The position numbers were made by a program, and so were the translations under genes. Of a stretch of DNA of 64,000 bases, positions 9,196 through 19,015 are shown one piece after another. A model generated the notes under the pieces. That model did no database searches. It was not told where the DNA came from and saw nothing but the letters and a program-made list of their open reading frames with translations. Source of the stretch: Acidimicrobiia bacterium (GTDB lineage Bacteria; Actinomycetota; Acidimicrobiia; Spongiisociales; ZC4RG35); the NCBI GenBank assembly GCA_048595045.1, contig JBMDXS010000120.1, positions 3,736 to 67,735 of the forward strand, read 5' to 3'. Within the stretch, counting starts at the first letter, position 1; each line of letters starts with the position of its first letter.

Positions 9196-10407
9196 ATGAG
9201 CCTCAACCATCCAAGGACCGCCGTTCTCGAAGACCCGGCCCTGCCCGAGGTCACCACCCTCCTCTCCTCTCCTACCCCGGGCCCCATCCGCGCCGCGGTG
9301 TCGGCAGCCGGGGGCCGGGTGGAGAACGGGGAGTTGCTCCAGGTGACCTGGTGGCCGGGTGTCAGCATCACTACCCGCTACCGGATCTCGATCGACGGAG
9401 GTGACCTGGCCGGGGTCTCGACGTTCGTATGTGTCGCCGGCCGTGTCCCCGACGGGGCACTTGTTGTCGAGGGTGAGGAGGGTCGTGTCGGTGTCTGGCG
9501 GGTGCCTCATGATCCGGCCCTGCCCGGTCTGGGGGCCGCCCTGGACGCCGAGCGGGCGGCACGGCTGTTGGAGGATCTCGGTGGAGCGCCCGGCCCCGTC
9601 GACACCAGGCTCGTCGCCTATCGCCCGGGTCGCCGGGCCGTGGTCTCGGTCTCGGGGAGGCAACAGGGCCTCTATTTGAAGCTGATCCGGCCCCGAATCA
9701 TCGAAGACCTGCACCGGTCGCATCAGAGTCTGGCCCGGGCCCTTCCGGTCCCGGCCAGTCTCGGCTTCTCGAAAGAGCTGGGCCTGATCGCACTGCAGGC
9801 GGTTCCCGGGCTGACCTTGCGGGCCGTCCTCGAGGATCCGGGCCAGCCGATTCCGCTGCCGGAGGACATCGTCGACCTCCCCCGCCGCATTCCCGCCCCC
9901 GACGACGGGCGTGAGTCGTCGTCTCCCGTGGGCAGGCTCACCGACATCGGCCCGCTCTTGGCGGCGGTCGCCCACGACCTCGCGGGACAGGTCGAAGATG
10001 TCATCGACCAGATCGGCCCCGAGACCTCACCCGCCGATACTCCATGCCACGGTGACTATTACGAGTCCCAGCTCCTGGTCGAAGGGGGGGTGGTGGTCGG
10101 GATGTTGGACGTGGACACCTACGGACAGGGTCGGGCCGCCGACGATGCCTCCACCATGCTCGGTCACCTGGCGATCTGGTCCGGGATGAGCCGGCAGCCC
10201 GACCGGGTCCGACATCTGGGCAGCCGGCTGATCCGGGTCTGGGACGAGCTGCTCGACCCGGGCGACCTGCGTCGAAGGACCGCAGCCGTGGTGTTGTCCT
10301 TGGCGACGGGTCCGTTCCGGGTGCAGACCGCTCGCTGGCCGGAGGAGACCGCCGATCGGGTGTCCATCGCCTCGGAATGGGTGCGGAGCGCCCTCGCGTA
10401 TGGATGA
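9196..10407 (+). CDS. phosphotransferase / kinase-like protein (APH fold)
   Basis: 403-aa ORF with the catalytic-loop-like CHGDYYESQLLV and GMLDVDTYGQGRAADD. Confidence 0.6.
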   Translation: MSLNHPRTAVLEDPALPEVTTLLSSPTPGPIRAAVSAAGGRVENGELLQVTWWPGVSITTRYRISIDGGDLAGVSTFVCVAGRVPDGALVVEGEEGRVGVWRVPHDPALPGLGAALDAERAARLLEDLGGAPGPVDTRLVAYRPGRRAVVSVSGRQQGLYLKLIRPRIIEDLHRSHQSLARALPVPASLGFSKELGLIALQAVPGLTLRAVLEDPGQPIPLPEDIVDLPRRIPAPDDGRESSSPVGRLTDIGPLLAAVAHDLAGQVEDVIDQIGPETSPADTPCHGDYYESQLLVEGGVVVGMLDVDTYGQGRAADDASTMLGHLAIWSGMSRQPDRVRHLGSRLIRVWDELLDPGDLRRRTAAVVLSLATGPFRVQTARWPEETADRVSIASEWVRSALAYG

Positions 10408-10494
10408 GAGAACTCTCATCTCCGTCTCAGAATGATCTAACCCCCGCTTCGGAGAGTGTCATCAGGAAACGAAGGACATTCCACGAAGGAGGGA

Positions 10495-10959
10495 ATGATG
10501 CAAACCGAGGATCAGGGCCGGCGGCCCAAGGATTGGAAGGTCGTGGCGGCGGTCGCCACGGCATCGGCACTCGGGCTTAGTGGCTTGGCCCTTGCCGATT
10601 CCGATGACAGGTCGGGAACCCCCGACCCGATCAAACTCGAAGATGTGACTCCGATCACCGAGGTCACGGTGTCCAAGACCACCTCGACCACACTGGCCGA
10701 TCTGGGGGTGGTGGTGGAGACACTGGACAGTGCCAGCTCGCCGTTCGACGCTCCCACCACGACCACGACGATCGCGGACAGCGTGGCATCGGCCGACCCG
10801 GAACCCGCCCCCGCACCTGCCCCGGCACCCGCTGCAGACTCACCGGACGCGGCGCCGGCCCCTCCGGCCGCCGACTCGCCCGACCCGGTGCCTGCCCCCG
10901 TGGTCGACGACTCGGCCGACTCGGGAGCAGGGAGCGTGGACGGGTCCGCAGACTCCTGA
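10495..10959 (+). CDS. secreted or membrane-anchored low-complexity (Pro/Ala/Asp/Ser-rich) protein
   Basis: Track ORF 10456..10959, with ATG 10495 preferred because it follows AAGGAGGG. Hydrophobic anchor VVAAVATASALGLSGLALA. PAPAPAPAPAADSPDAAPAPPAADSPDPVPAP tract. Confidence 0.55.
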   Translation: MMQTEDQGRRPKDWKVVAAVATASALGLSGLALADSDDRSGTPDPIKLEDVTPITEVTVSKTTSTTLADLGVVVETLDSASSPFDAPTTTTTIADSVASADPEPAPAPAPAPAADSPDAAPAPPAADSPDPVPAPVVDDSADSGAGSVDGSADS

Positions 10960-10974
10960 ATCGAGCCCCGGCGA

Positions 10975-11010
10975 GAAGGCGACCGGTCCGAGACCGGTCG
11001 CCTTCTTCCT
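10975..11010 (+). terminator. rho-independent-type terminator hairpin
   Basis: Perfect 13-bp stem GAAGGCGACCGGT / ACCGGTCGCCTTC (10975..10987 and 10993..11005) with a 5-nt loop, followed by TTCCT. Lies 16 nt after the stop codon. Confidence 0.6.
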
Positions 11011-11023
11011 ACTCTCGATCCCG

Positions 11024-11422
11024 ATGAGGACACGTCTTCGTTGGCTGGCAGCGGCAATGGCCGGCTTGGTCGTCGTGACCGCCGCGATCTCCTTCGCCCC
11101 AAGGCCGATCCCGGCGGGGCCGGCATCCGTACAGCTCGACGGCGAGCTCGTTACGGCGGACACCCCCGCCACCAGCCAGTTGGTGGTCGTGCCCGTACCC
11201 TCGATCGACCTGGGCGGGAGCATCCCGGTGACGACGACAACGGCCACGCTGCCGCCGGCACCGTCTTCCCCAGCAGATCCAGCCCCGGCACCGTCTTCCC
11301 CTGCCGGCCCATCGCCGGCGCCGTCGGTTCGCTCCGACGATGACGAGCCCGACGACGATGACGGGCCCGACGACGATGACGGGCCCGACGATGACGGGTC
11401 GGCGGATAGCCCGGATGACTGA
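11024..11422 (+). CDS. signal-anchored protein with a Pro-rich segment and a poly-Asp tail
   Basis: Track ORF 10730..11422 trimmed to ATG 11024 (MRTRLRWLAAAMAGLVVVTAAISFA). C-terminus DDDEPDDDDGPDDDDGPDDDGSADSPDD. The stop overlaps the kinase start by 8 nt. Confidence 0.55.
   Translation: MRTRLRWLAAAMAGLVVVTAAISFAPRPIPAGPASVQLDGELVTADTPATSQLVVVPVPSIDLGGSIPVTTTTATLPPAPSSPADPAPAPSSPAGPSPAPSVRSDDDEPDDDDGPDDDDGPDDDGSADSPDD
11336..11401 (+). repeat. in-frame tandem repeat encoding (D)DDDGP units
   Basis: Two perfect 18-nt copies of GACGACGATGACGGGCCC (11351..11368 and 11369..11386) flanked by degenerate 15-nt copies. A second direct repeat, CCGGCACCGTCTTCCCC, lies at 11255 and 11285. Confidence 0.85.
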
Positions 11423-12839
11423 AGAGCGAGGGCGCCGAAGGATCTCATCGACTCGAATGCGGATCCTGGGCTGGTACGTCGCATTGCTGGCGGTGGCGAT
11501 CGTCCCGGCGCTGTTGATTCAGCGCTCGTTCATGCTCGATGAGGTCGTGACCCAGGCCGACCAGGCCCTGGACCAGGAGGTCAGCGAGCTGCGCCAACTC
11601 GCCGGCGGGATCGACCCGGACACGGGTGAGCCGTTCGCCGGGGACGTAACCGCCATCTTCGACACCTATCTCGACCGCAACGTGCCACTCAGTGACGAGT
11701 CGGTCGTCACCATCGTCGGCGGCGCTCCCTACAAGAGCGACGTTTCGGGGGCAGCCTTCCGGGGGACCGAGTTGATGGACCGCTGGTCCGCGCTCCAGGC
11801 CCCGGAACGAGCCCAGGTCGATACCGATCGGGGACCGGTCCGGTATCTGGCAGTGCCTCTGGCGTCCGGCGAGAGTGTCGGCGGGGTGTTCGTCGCGGCC
11901 ATCAGCCTCGGGGAGCAGCTGGCGGTGGTAGATGGGGTCATGAGGGTTGGTGGCCTGGTTCTGGGCTCGATCCTCCTCATCTCTTCGGCGGTGGCCTGGA
12001 TCGCGGCCGGTGAGGTCCTCCGCCCTTTGCGGCTCCTCTCCGAGACTGCCCGATCCATCAGCGAATCGGACCTCTCGGCGAGGATCCCGGTCGAGGGTGA
12101 CGATGAGATCGCGGTGTTGGCCGAGACCTTCAACGACATGCTGGATCGGCTCGAGGGCGCTTTCGAGACCCAGAGACGGTTCGTCGATGACGCCAGTCAT
12201 GAGCTGAGGACACCCATAACGGTGATCCGGGGCCAGCTCGAGCTCTTGGGAGATGATCCCGAGGACAGAGAAGCCACGATCCGCCTCGTGACCGGTGAGC
12301 TGGACCGCATGTCGCGAATAGTCGAGGACCTGCTGGTGCTGGCCAAGGCCGAGCAGCCGGACTTCGTCCAACCCCACCCGATCGATCTAGCCGAGTTCGT
12401 CGACGAGCTGTCGATCAAGGCCGCTGCACTCTCCCCACGGCCGGTCTCGGTCGCATCCGCCGATCACGCCGTCGTGGTCGGTGATCGACAGCGTCTCACC
12501 CAGGCGGTGATGAACCTGGCTCGGAACGCCGTCGAGCACACACCCGAGTCTGCGGAGGTGGCCATAGGGGCGCGAGTCGACGGCTCCATCACCCGGCTCT
12601 GGGTTTCGGACACAGGCCCGGGCATCCCGGCGACCGACCGGAAGAGGCTCTTCGACCGGTTCGCCCGCGGCTCTCACGGTCGGAGGAGCACCGGGGGGGC
12701 CGGGCTCGGGTTGTCCATCGTGAAGGCGATTGCAGAGGGCCACGGCGGATCGGTCGAAGTCGAGAGCGGCGACCTGGGCACTACCTTCACCATCGTCATC
12801 CCAACCGATAGCAGCCCGGGAGATCGGGAGGCGAGTTGA
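11415..12839 (+). CDS. sensor histidine kinase (two TM helices, extracytoplasmic domain, HAMP, HisKA, HATPase)
   Basis: Track ORF 11340..12839 trimmed to ATG 11415 (MTEERGRRRISSTRMRILGWYVALLAV). H-box ASHELRTPIT. NLARNAVEHT, DTGPGI and GLGLSIV. Confidence 0.85.
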   Translation: MTEERGRRRISSTRMRILGWYVALLAVAIVPALLIQRSFMLDEVVTQADQALDQEVSELRQLAGGIDPDTGEPFAGDVTAIFDTYLDRNVPLSDESVVTIVGGAPYKSDVSGAAFRGTELMDRWSALQAPERAQVDTDRGPVRYLAVPLASGESVGGVFVAAISLGEQLAVVDGVMRVGGLVLGSILLISSAVAWIAAGEVLRPLRLLSETARSISESDLSARIPVEGDDEIAVLAETFNDMLDRLEGAFETQRRFVDDASHELRTPITVIRGQLELLGDDPEDREATIRLVTGELDRMSRIVEDLLVLAKAEQPDFVQPHPIDLAEFVDELSIKAAALSPRPVSVASADHAVVVGDRQRLTQAVMNLARNAVEHTPESAEVAIGARVDGSITRLWVSDTGPGIPATDRKRLFDRFARGSHGRRSTGGAGLGLSIVKAIAEGHGGSVEVESGDLGTTFTIVIPTDSSPGDREAS

Positions 12840-13498
12840 GCAGGATCCTGATCGCCGAGGACGAGCCGGGAATCGCCTCCTTCCTCGAAAAAGGACTCAA
12901 TGCCGCGGGTCACACGACGATGGTGGTCGAGGACGGGCTGAGTGCGGCGAGCGCGGCTCGTGACCGCGACTTCGACCTCCTCATCCTCGACCTGGGTCTT
13001 CCCGGTATGGACGGCAAGGAAGCGCTGGCCGAGATGAGGGCGAGGGGCGAGCGTATGCCTGTCATCATCCTCACCGCCCGCACCGGCGTCGCCGATACCG
13101 TTGCCGGGCTCGAGGGTGGCGCCGACGACTACGTCACCAAGCCATTCTCGTTCGAGGAGCTCCTGGCGCGAGTTCGGGTGCAGCTCCGTGACCCCGGCAG
13201 CGCGGAGCAGCCCGAGTTGTCGGCCGGAGATGTCGTACTGGACCTGAGGACGCGGAAGGCCTATGTGGGCGGGAGAGAAATCGAGCTCTCGGCCCGCGAG
13301 TTCGTCTTGGCCGAGACTCTGCTCCGCCACCCGGGTCAGGTGTTGTCCCGCCAGCAGCTGCTGTCCAACGTGTGGGGCTACGACTTCGATCCGGGATCGA
13401 ACGTGGTCGACGTCTATGTGGGCTATCTCCGAAGGAAGCTGGGCAAGGGCCTCATCGAGACGGTGCGGGGGATGGGCTATCGGCTCGTGGACGACTGA
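12836..13498 (+). CDS. OmpR-family response regulator
   Basis: 220-aa ORF with RILIAEDE, DLLILDLGLPGMDG and VTKPF. Winged-helix C-terminus (VDVYVGYLRRKL...GMGYRL). 4-nt overlap with the kinase. Confidence 0.9.
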   Translation: MSRILIAEDEPGIASFLEKGLNAAGHTTMVVEDGLSAASAARDRDFDLLILDLGLPGMDGKEALAEMRARGERMPVIILTARTGVADTVAGLEGGADDYVTKPFSFEELLARVRVQLRDPGSAEQPELSAGDVVLDLRTRKAYVGGREIELSAREFVLAETLLRHPGQVLSRQQLLSNVWGYDFDPGSNVVDVYVGYLRRKLGKGLIETVRGMGYRLVDD

Positions 13499-14054
13499 CA
13501 TCGGACAGGGCCCACCAGGTCACGGCGAGGGCGGAGCCCAGATGCCAGACGGCGTGAGGCTGGAACACCGATTGCGGGTCGCAGAACGGGCCGCCGGTGG
13601 CGCCAAGACGCCCGTAGATGGCCACCAGGGCGAGTAGAGACAGCGGGAGCAAGGCGCGATAGTCACGGCCGCGCAGGACCGAGACGATGGCGACGACGGT
13701 GAGGGCCACCGCGATCGGATCTCCCCATGCAGGAGCCAGAGCGAAACCGACTCCGACGACTACGAGAGCGGGGAGATGCGAGTATCGCTCGGCGCGAGTC
13801 CCGGCTGCGGCCACTACGACGAGCAGCCAGGCAATGGTGACGTCATGGGCCCACTCGTCGCCGGGGGGCATCGGGCCGTGGAAGAGAAAGGACCCGACGC
13901 CGGTGGCGGCGAGGGCGATCCCCACCCAACGCCGATTCTGCCGCCGGCTCGCCACGACCACCCCGCCGAGTACGAACCCGAGCGACGTTATCGCGTTCAC
14001 CGGCTGTCCGAGGAACCCGGCCCGGATCAGCTCACAGTCGGCCGCCGCGCCCAT
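13452..14054 (-). CDS. polytopic membrane protein, possibly alkaline-ceramidase-like (CREST superfamily)
   Basis: 200-aa ORF with about 6 hydrophobic helices. Pattern C-x-(QPVNAITSLGF), FLFHG, WAHD and HAVWHLGSA, recalled from ceramidase-like hydrolases. 47-nt convergent overlap with the regulator gene. Confidence 0.4.
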   Translation of the reverse strand: MGAAADCELIRAGFLGQPVNAITSLGFVLGGVVVASRRQNRRWVGIALAATGVGSFLFHGPMPPGDEWAHDVTIAWLLVVVAAAGTRAERYSHLPALVVVGVGFALAPAWGDPIAVALTVVAIVSVLRGRDYRALLPLSLLALVAIYGRLGATGGPFCDPQSVFQPHAVWHLGSALAVTWWALSDVSRPRADSPSPAPSR

Positions 14055-14084
14055 CTCTGACCATTCTGGCGCGGAGATGTGGGT

Positions 14085-14381
14085 CTATAGAGCGTCTTCT
14101 CCCAGCCAGAACGGGGTGCTGCCGCCGAGACTGGTCACCTCGGAGATGGCTTTTTCCCCGTTGGTGCCTTCGGGAGTGAGCTGGGCCCGTCCTCTCCCGT
14201 TGCCGGGCACCTCGAGATCGACCACCAGGGCCTTGCCCGCGACCGCGGTCCCTCTGAGCGTCTCCAGGGTGCCCTTCCAGCCGCCCATGTCGGGATCGGT
14301 CTCGAGGTCGACCATACCGGTGGTGAGGAGTATCCCGTCGGAGCCGAGGACCCGCACCGGACCCTGGAAGGTGTCAGTCAT
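14085..14381 (-). CDS. small conserved protein, possibly DUF4873-like
   Basis: 98-aa ORF. Its ATG overlaps the hspR TGA by 1 nt (TGATG). DLETDPDMGGWKGTLE ... SLGGSTPFW resembles my memory of the DUF4873 pattern. Confidence 0.5.
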   Translation of the reverse strand: MTDTFQGPVRVLGSDGILLTTGMVDLETDPDMGGWKGTLETLRGTAVAGKALVVDLEVPGNGRGRAQLTPEGTNGEKAISEVTSLGGSTPFWLGEDAL

Positions 14382-14773
14382 CAGCGATCGTCCCCGATGA
14401 CCGGGCGGAGATCGGAGCGGAGGACGATGTCGTGCCGGTATGACCGGTGTGTCTCCTCCACCCGGCGTTCCATCTCCTCTTCCAGATCCTCGACCTTGTC
14501 ACGCAGCTTGTCCACCTTGCGCTTGAGACTGCGGTTCTCCTCTTGAAGGGTGAGCACACGGCGAACTCCCTCCAGGTTGAGGCCCTGACTGGTCAGCTCC
14601 TGGATGAGCTGGAGACGCTCGATGTCCTCCTGTGAGTAGCGACGGGTGCCACCGGGTGTCCGAAACGGCTCGAGAAGCCCTTTGCGCTCGTAGATGCGCA
14701 GTGTCTGGGGGTGCATGCCCGCCAGCTCGGCGGCCACCGATATCACGAACACCGCTCTTCTCGTCTCACTCAT
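14381..14773 (-). CDS. hspR: heat-shock repressor, MerR family
   Basis: 130-aa ORF with [47 protein letters not shown]. Last regulator gene of the dnaK operon. Confidence 0.9.
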   Translation of the reverse strand: MSETRRAVFVISVAAELAGMHPQTLRIYERKGLLEPFRTPGGTRRYSQEDIERLQLIQELTSQGLNLEGVRRVLTLQEENRSLKRKVDKLRDKVEDLEEEMERRVEETHRSYRHDIVLRSDLRPVIGDDR

Positions 14774-14780
14774 GGGCGCC

Positions 14781-15908
14781 TCATGTTCTCAGATGGGAGC
14801 GGACGTCGTCGGATTCGATGGCGGCCAGGTCCTCGAGGAGCTTCTTCTCCTCCTTGGAAACCTTGGATGGGACCGCGACCTGGACCGTCACCAGCAGGTC
14901 CCCGGTCCGGCCTCGATCGGGTGTGACCCCCTTGCCGCGTACCCGGAACGTCTTGCCCGAAGGCGTGCCGGCGGGGATCTTCAGCTTGACGCCCCCGTTC
15001 AAGGTCGGCACCTCGATCTTGGTCCCGAGCACCGCCTCCGGATAGGTGATCGGAACGTTCAGGGTCAGATCGTTCCCCTTTCGCCCGAAGGTGCGGCTGG
15101 CGGCGACGTGCACCTTCACCAGGAGATCGCCGTTGGGGCCACCGTTGCGACCCGGCCCGCCCTTGCCCGGTATCCGCAGCGTGTTGCCGTCCTGCACGCC
15201 GGGCGGGATGCGCACCTTGATCTGGCGGGTTCTGGTCTCCGACCCGGTTCCCCGGCAGACACGGCATGGGGTCTCGATGAGCCGCCCCGTACCCCCACAC
15301 TGAGGGCAGGGCTGGGAGAATGAGAAGAAGCCCTGGTTCTGGGCGACCACACCCTGCCCGCGGCACGTCGGGCAGGTGGTCACCGGTGTCCCCGGCTCGG
15401 CGCCGTTGCCCCCGCAGTTGGAGCAGGATGCGGCCCCGCGCACATTTAGCGTGGTGGTGATGCCGGTGACCGCATCGTCGAACGGGACGCTGAGGTCGGC
15501 ATGGACATCGCCGCCCTTGGCCGGTCCGGCCCGTCCCCGCGTGCCGAAACCGAAGAGGTCGCCCAAACCGCCGAGCCCGCCGAAGAGATCCGATAGGTCT
15601 TCGACCCTGACCTGCTGGCCACCGAAGCCGCCAAAGCCCCCACCGGGACCCCCGTATCCGGCGAACCCTCCGCTGCTGACCATGCGGCGCACCTGGTCGT
15701 ATTCCTTGCGCTGCTCCGCATTGGACAGCGTGGCGTAAGCCTCGGAGATCTCTTTGAATCTCTCCTCCGCCGCCGAGTCGTTTGGGTTGGCGTCGGGGTG
15801 ATAGGTCTGCGCCAGCTTGCGGTACGCCTTCTTGATCTCGTCGGCGCCCGCCTCGGGCCCGACACCCAAGATCTCGTAGAAGTCCTTCTCGACCCAGTCG
15901 CGGTTCAC
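14781..15908 (-). CDS. dnaJ: chaperone DnaJ
   Basis: 375-aa ORF. J domain (DFYEILGV...YHPDANP), G/F-rich linker, and four CxxCxGxG zinc motifs. Confidence 0.95.
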   Translation of the reverse strand: MNRDWVEKDFYEILGVGPEAGADEIKKAYRKLAQTYHPDANPNDSAAEERFKEISEAYATLSNAEQRKEYDQVRRMVSSGGFAGYGGPGGGFGGFGGQQVRVEDLSDLFGGLGGLGDLFGFGTRGRAGPAKGGDVHADLSVPFDDAVTGITTTLNVRGAASCSNCGGNGAEPGTPVTTCPTCRGQGVVAQNQGFFSFSQPCPQCGGTGRLIETPCRVCRGTGSETRTRQIKVRIPPGVQDGNTLRIPGKGGPGRNGGPNGDLLVKVHVAASRTFGRKGNDLTLNVPITYPEAVLGTKIEVPTLNGGVKLKIPAGTPSGKTFRVRGKGVTPDRGRTGDLLVTVQVAVPSKVSKEEKKLLEDLAAIESDDVRSHLRT

Positions 15909-16462
15909 TCTCGTTCTTCCAGCATCACCATGGCGGGGCGGAGGACGCGTTCCCGCAGCCGATACCCGCGACGCAGCTCTGACGAGACCACGAGCTCGTT
16001 GGCTCCTCCAGGCGCCCCCACCGGCTCATGGATCTCCGGATCGAATGCCTCACCGACTGTCGGCACCACCTCGAGGCCCTCCCGGTGCAGGGCGGACAGG
16101 AGCTGTTCCCGGGTGTTGATCATCCCCGAGAGGAGCTGTCGCTCGTTATCGGTCTCGGCGGCAGTGGCCAGTGCGGCATCGAATGTGTCGAGCACCGGCA
16201 GCAGCTCGACCACCACTCGCTCGGCGGCTCGATCGAGGGTGGCGGCCTGCTCGCGGGTGGTCCGCTTCCGGTAGTTGTCGAAGTCGGCGGCAACCCGTTT
16301 CAGATCGTCCAGATAGGCGGTGGCCTCGTCCCGTGACTCCTCGAGGCGGGCGAGGAGGAGGGCTATCGCCTCATCTCGGTCCTCGGGCAGGTCGATGCCG
16401 AGGGCGGCGGCGCCTACCGGGCCCGTGGCTTCCACGATCTCGTGCTTCGAATCACTCATCAC
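15905..16462 (-). CDS. grpE: nucleotide exchange factor GrpE
   Basis: 185-aa ORF with LKRVAADFDNYRKR, FDPEIHEPV and GYRLRERVLRPAMV. 4-nt overlap with dnaJ. Confidence 0.9.
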   Translation of the reverse strand: MMSDSKHEIVEATGPVGAAALGIDLPEDRDEAIALLLARLEESRDEATAYLDDLKRVAADFDNYRKRTTREQAATLDRAAERVVVELLPVLDTFDAALATAAETDNERQLLSGMINTREQLLSALHREGLEVVPTVGEAFDPEIHEPVGAPGGANELVVSSELRRGYRLRERVLRPAMVMLEERE

Positions 16463-16506
16463 GTATGCGGTACGACGTAGAACCTAGAACAGATGATGAG
16501 GACGCC

Positions 16507-18348
<1,842 letters not shown>

Positions 18349-18381
18349 ATTCGAAGATCCTCCAAAATCGGGTCGAAACTG

Positions 18382-18393
18382 CTCAAGTTGAGT
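18382..18393. promoter_or_regulatory. compact palindrome built from the two HAIR half-site sequences (candidate HspR operator)
   Basis: CTCAAG/TTGAGT (minus strand ACTCAA C TTGAG) lies just downstream of the candidate -10. A further CTGAGT sits at 18412..18417. The canonical CTTGAGT-N7-ACTCAAG spacing is absent. Confidence 0.35.
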
Positions 18394-18401
18394 GTGCTGC
18401 G

Positions 18402-18430
18402 ATGGTACAACCTGAGTCGGGCATTGTCAT
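18402..18430 (-). promoter_or_regulatory. candidate dnaK promoter (-35 ATGACA, 17-nt spacer, -10 TACCAT on the minus strand)
   Basis: The plus strand shows ATGGTA at 18402..18407 and TGTCAT at 18425..18430. Position is about 55-80 nt upstream of the dnaK ATG. By-eye match only. Confidence 0.35.
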
Positions 18431-18472
18431 ATTCCAACCAAACGCAGAACGTTGCAGGTGAGGTCGGACCCT

Positions 18473-18901
18473 CTATGCCAGCGACTTGATGTATTCGACC
18501 AGGTCCTGGATCTCGGCCTCGCTGAGGCTGTCGGAATAGGTGGTGGGCATCACCGCGTCGAACCCGGAGACCACCTGGGATTGAGGGTCGACTATCGAGT
18601 TGAACAGGTAGGCGTCATCGGCCACCACGGTCTCGCCGTTGTCGAGGGTGACCGTCGACCCGGCCAGACCCTGCCAGCCCGGCCCGGTGCCGGCGCTCCC
18701 GTCTATGGCGTGACAGGCCAGACACCCGGTCGCCGCCGCCAGCGCCTCGCCTCGTGCCGCCGCCGCCGTGTCGTAGGAGACCGAGGGGCCATCGTCTCCA
18801 TCCACCGCTCCTCCCATGGGCCTGCCGCTGAACAGCCACATGCCCAGCCCGATGACGAGGGTCACCCCCAGCGCCACCAGACCTTCCGCCCAGTTGTTCA
18901 T
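18473..18901 (-). CDS. membrane-anchored class I c-type cytochrome
   Basis: 142-aa ORF. N-terminal TM helix, haem motif CLACHAI, and a distal Met region (DAVMPTT). Confidence 0.8.
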   Translation of the reverse strand: MNNWAEGLVALGVTLVIGLGMWLFSGRPMGGAVDGDDGPSVSYDTAAAARGEALAAATGCLACHAIDGSAGTGPGWQGLAGSTVTLDNGETVVADDAYLFNSIVDPQSQVVSGFDAVMPTTYSDSLSEAEIQDLVEYIKSLA

Positions 18902-18912
18902 GGACCGGCAAC

Positions 18913-18954
18913 CGTACCCATAGAGCGGGCAATCCTATGGTTACGCCTGCTATG
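18913..18954. promoter_or_regulatory. inverted repeat plus a third half-site in the divergent cytochrome c / DoxX intergenic region
   Basis: CGTACCCATAG (18913..18923) and CTATGGTTACG (18935..18945) form 11-bp arms with 1 mismatch and an 11-nt spacer. CTATGG occurs again at 18949..18954. Confidence 0.35.
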
Positions 18955-19015
18955 GCGTCGGCAGTGGTGCCGGCATGACCCGAGAAGCACCTGAACGGTG
19001 CCGGGAGGAGGAGAG

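Noticed and set aside
9121-9975. N-terminal 285 codons of the 404-aa minus-strand ORF that ends in MscL
   Set aside because: This part is antisense to the kinase-like gene 9196..10407 and has an Arg/Gly/Pro-rich composition. MscL begins at the internal ATG 9120 with the canonical MIxEFKxF start.
10408-10494. Lower-GC stretch with the short inverted repeat TCTCCG...CGGAGA after the kinase-like gene
   Set aside because: The stem is only 6 bp with a long loop, so it is not convincing as a terminator or riboswitch.
18349-18472. Search for a canonical HAIR (CTTGAGT-N7-ACTCAAG) or CIRCE element upstream of dnaK
   Set aside because: Neither full consensus is present on either strand. Only the compact half-site palindrome reported above was found.
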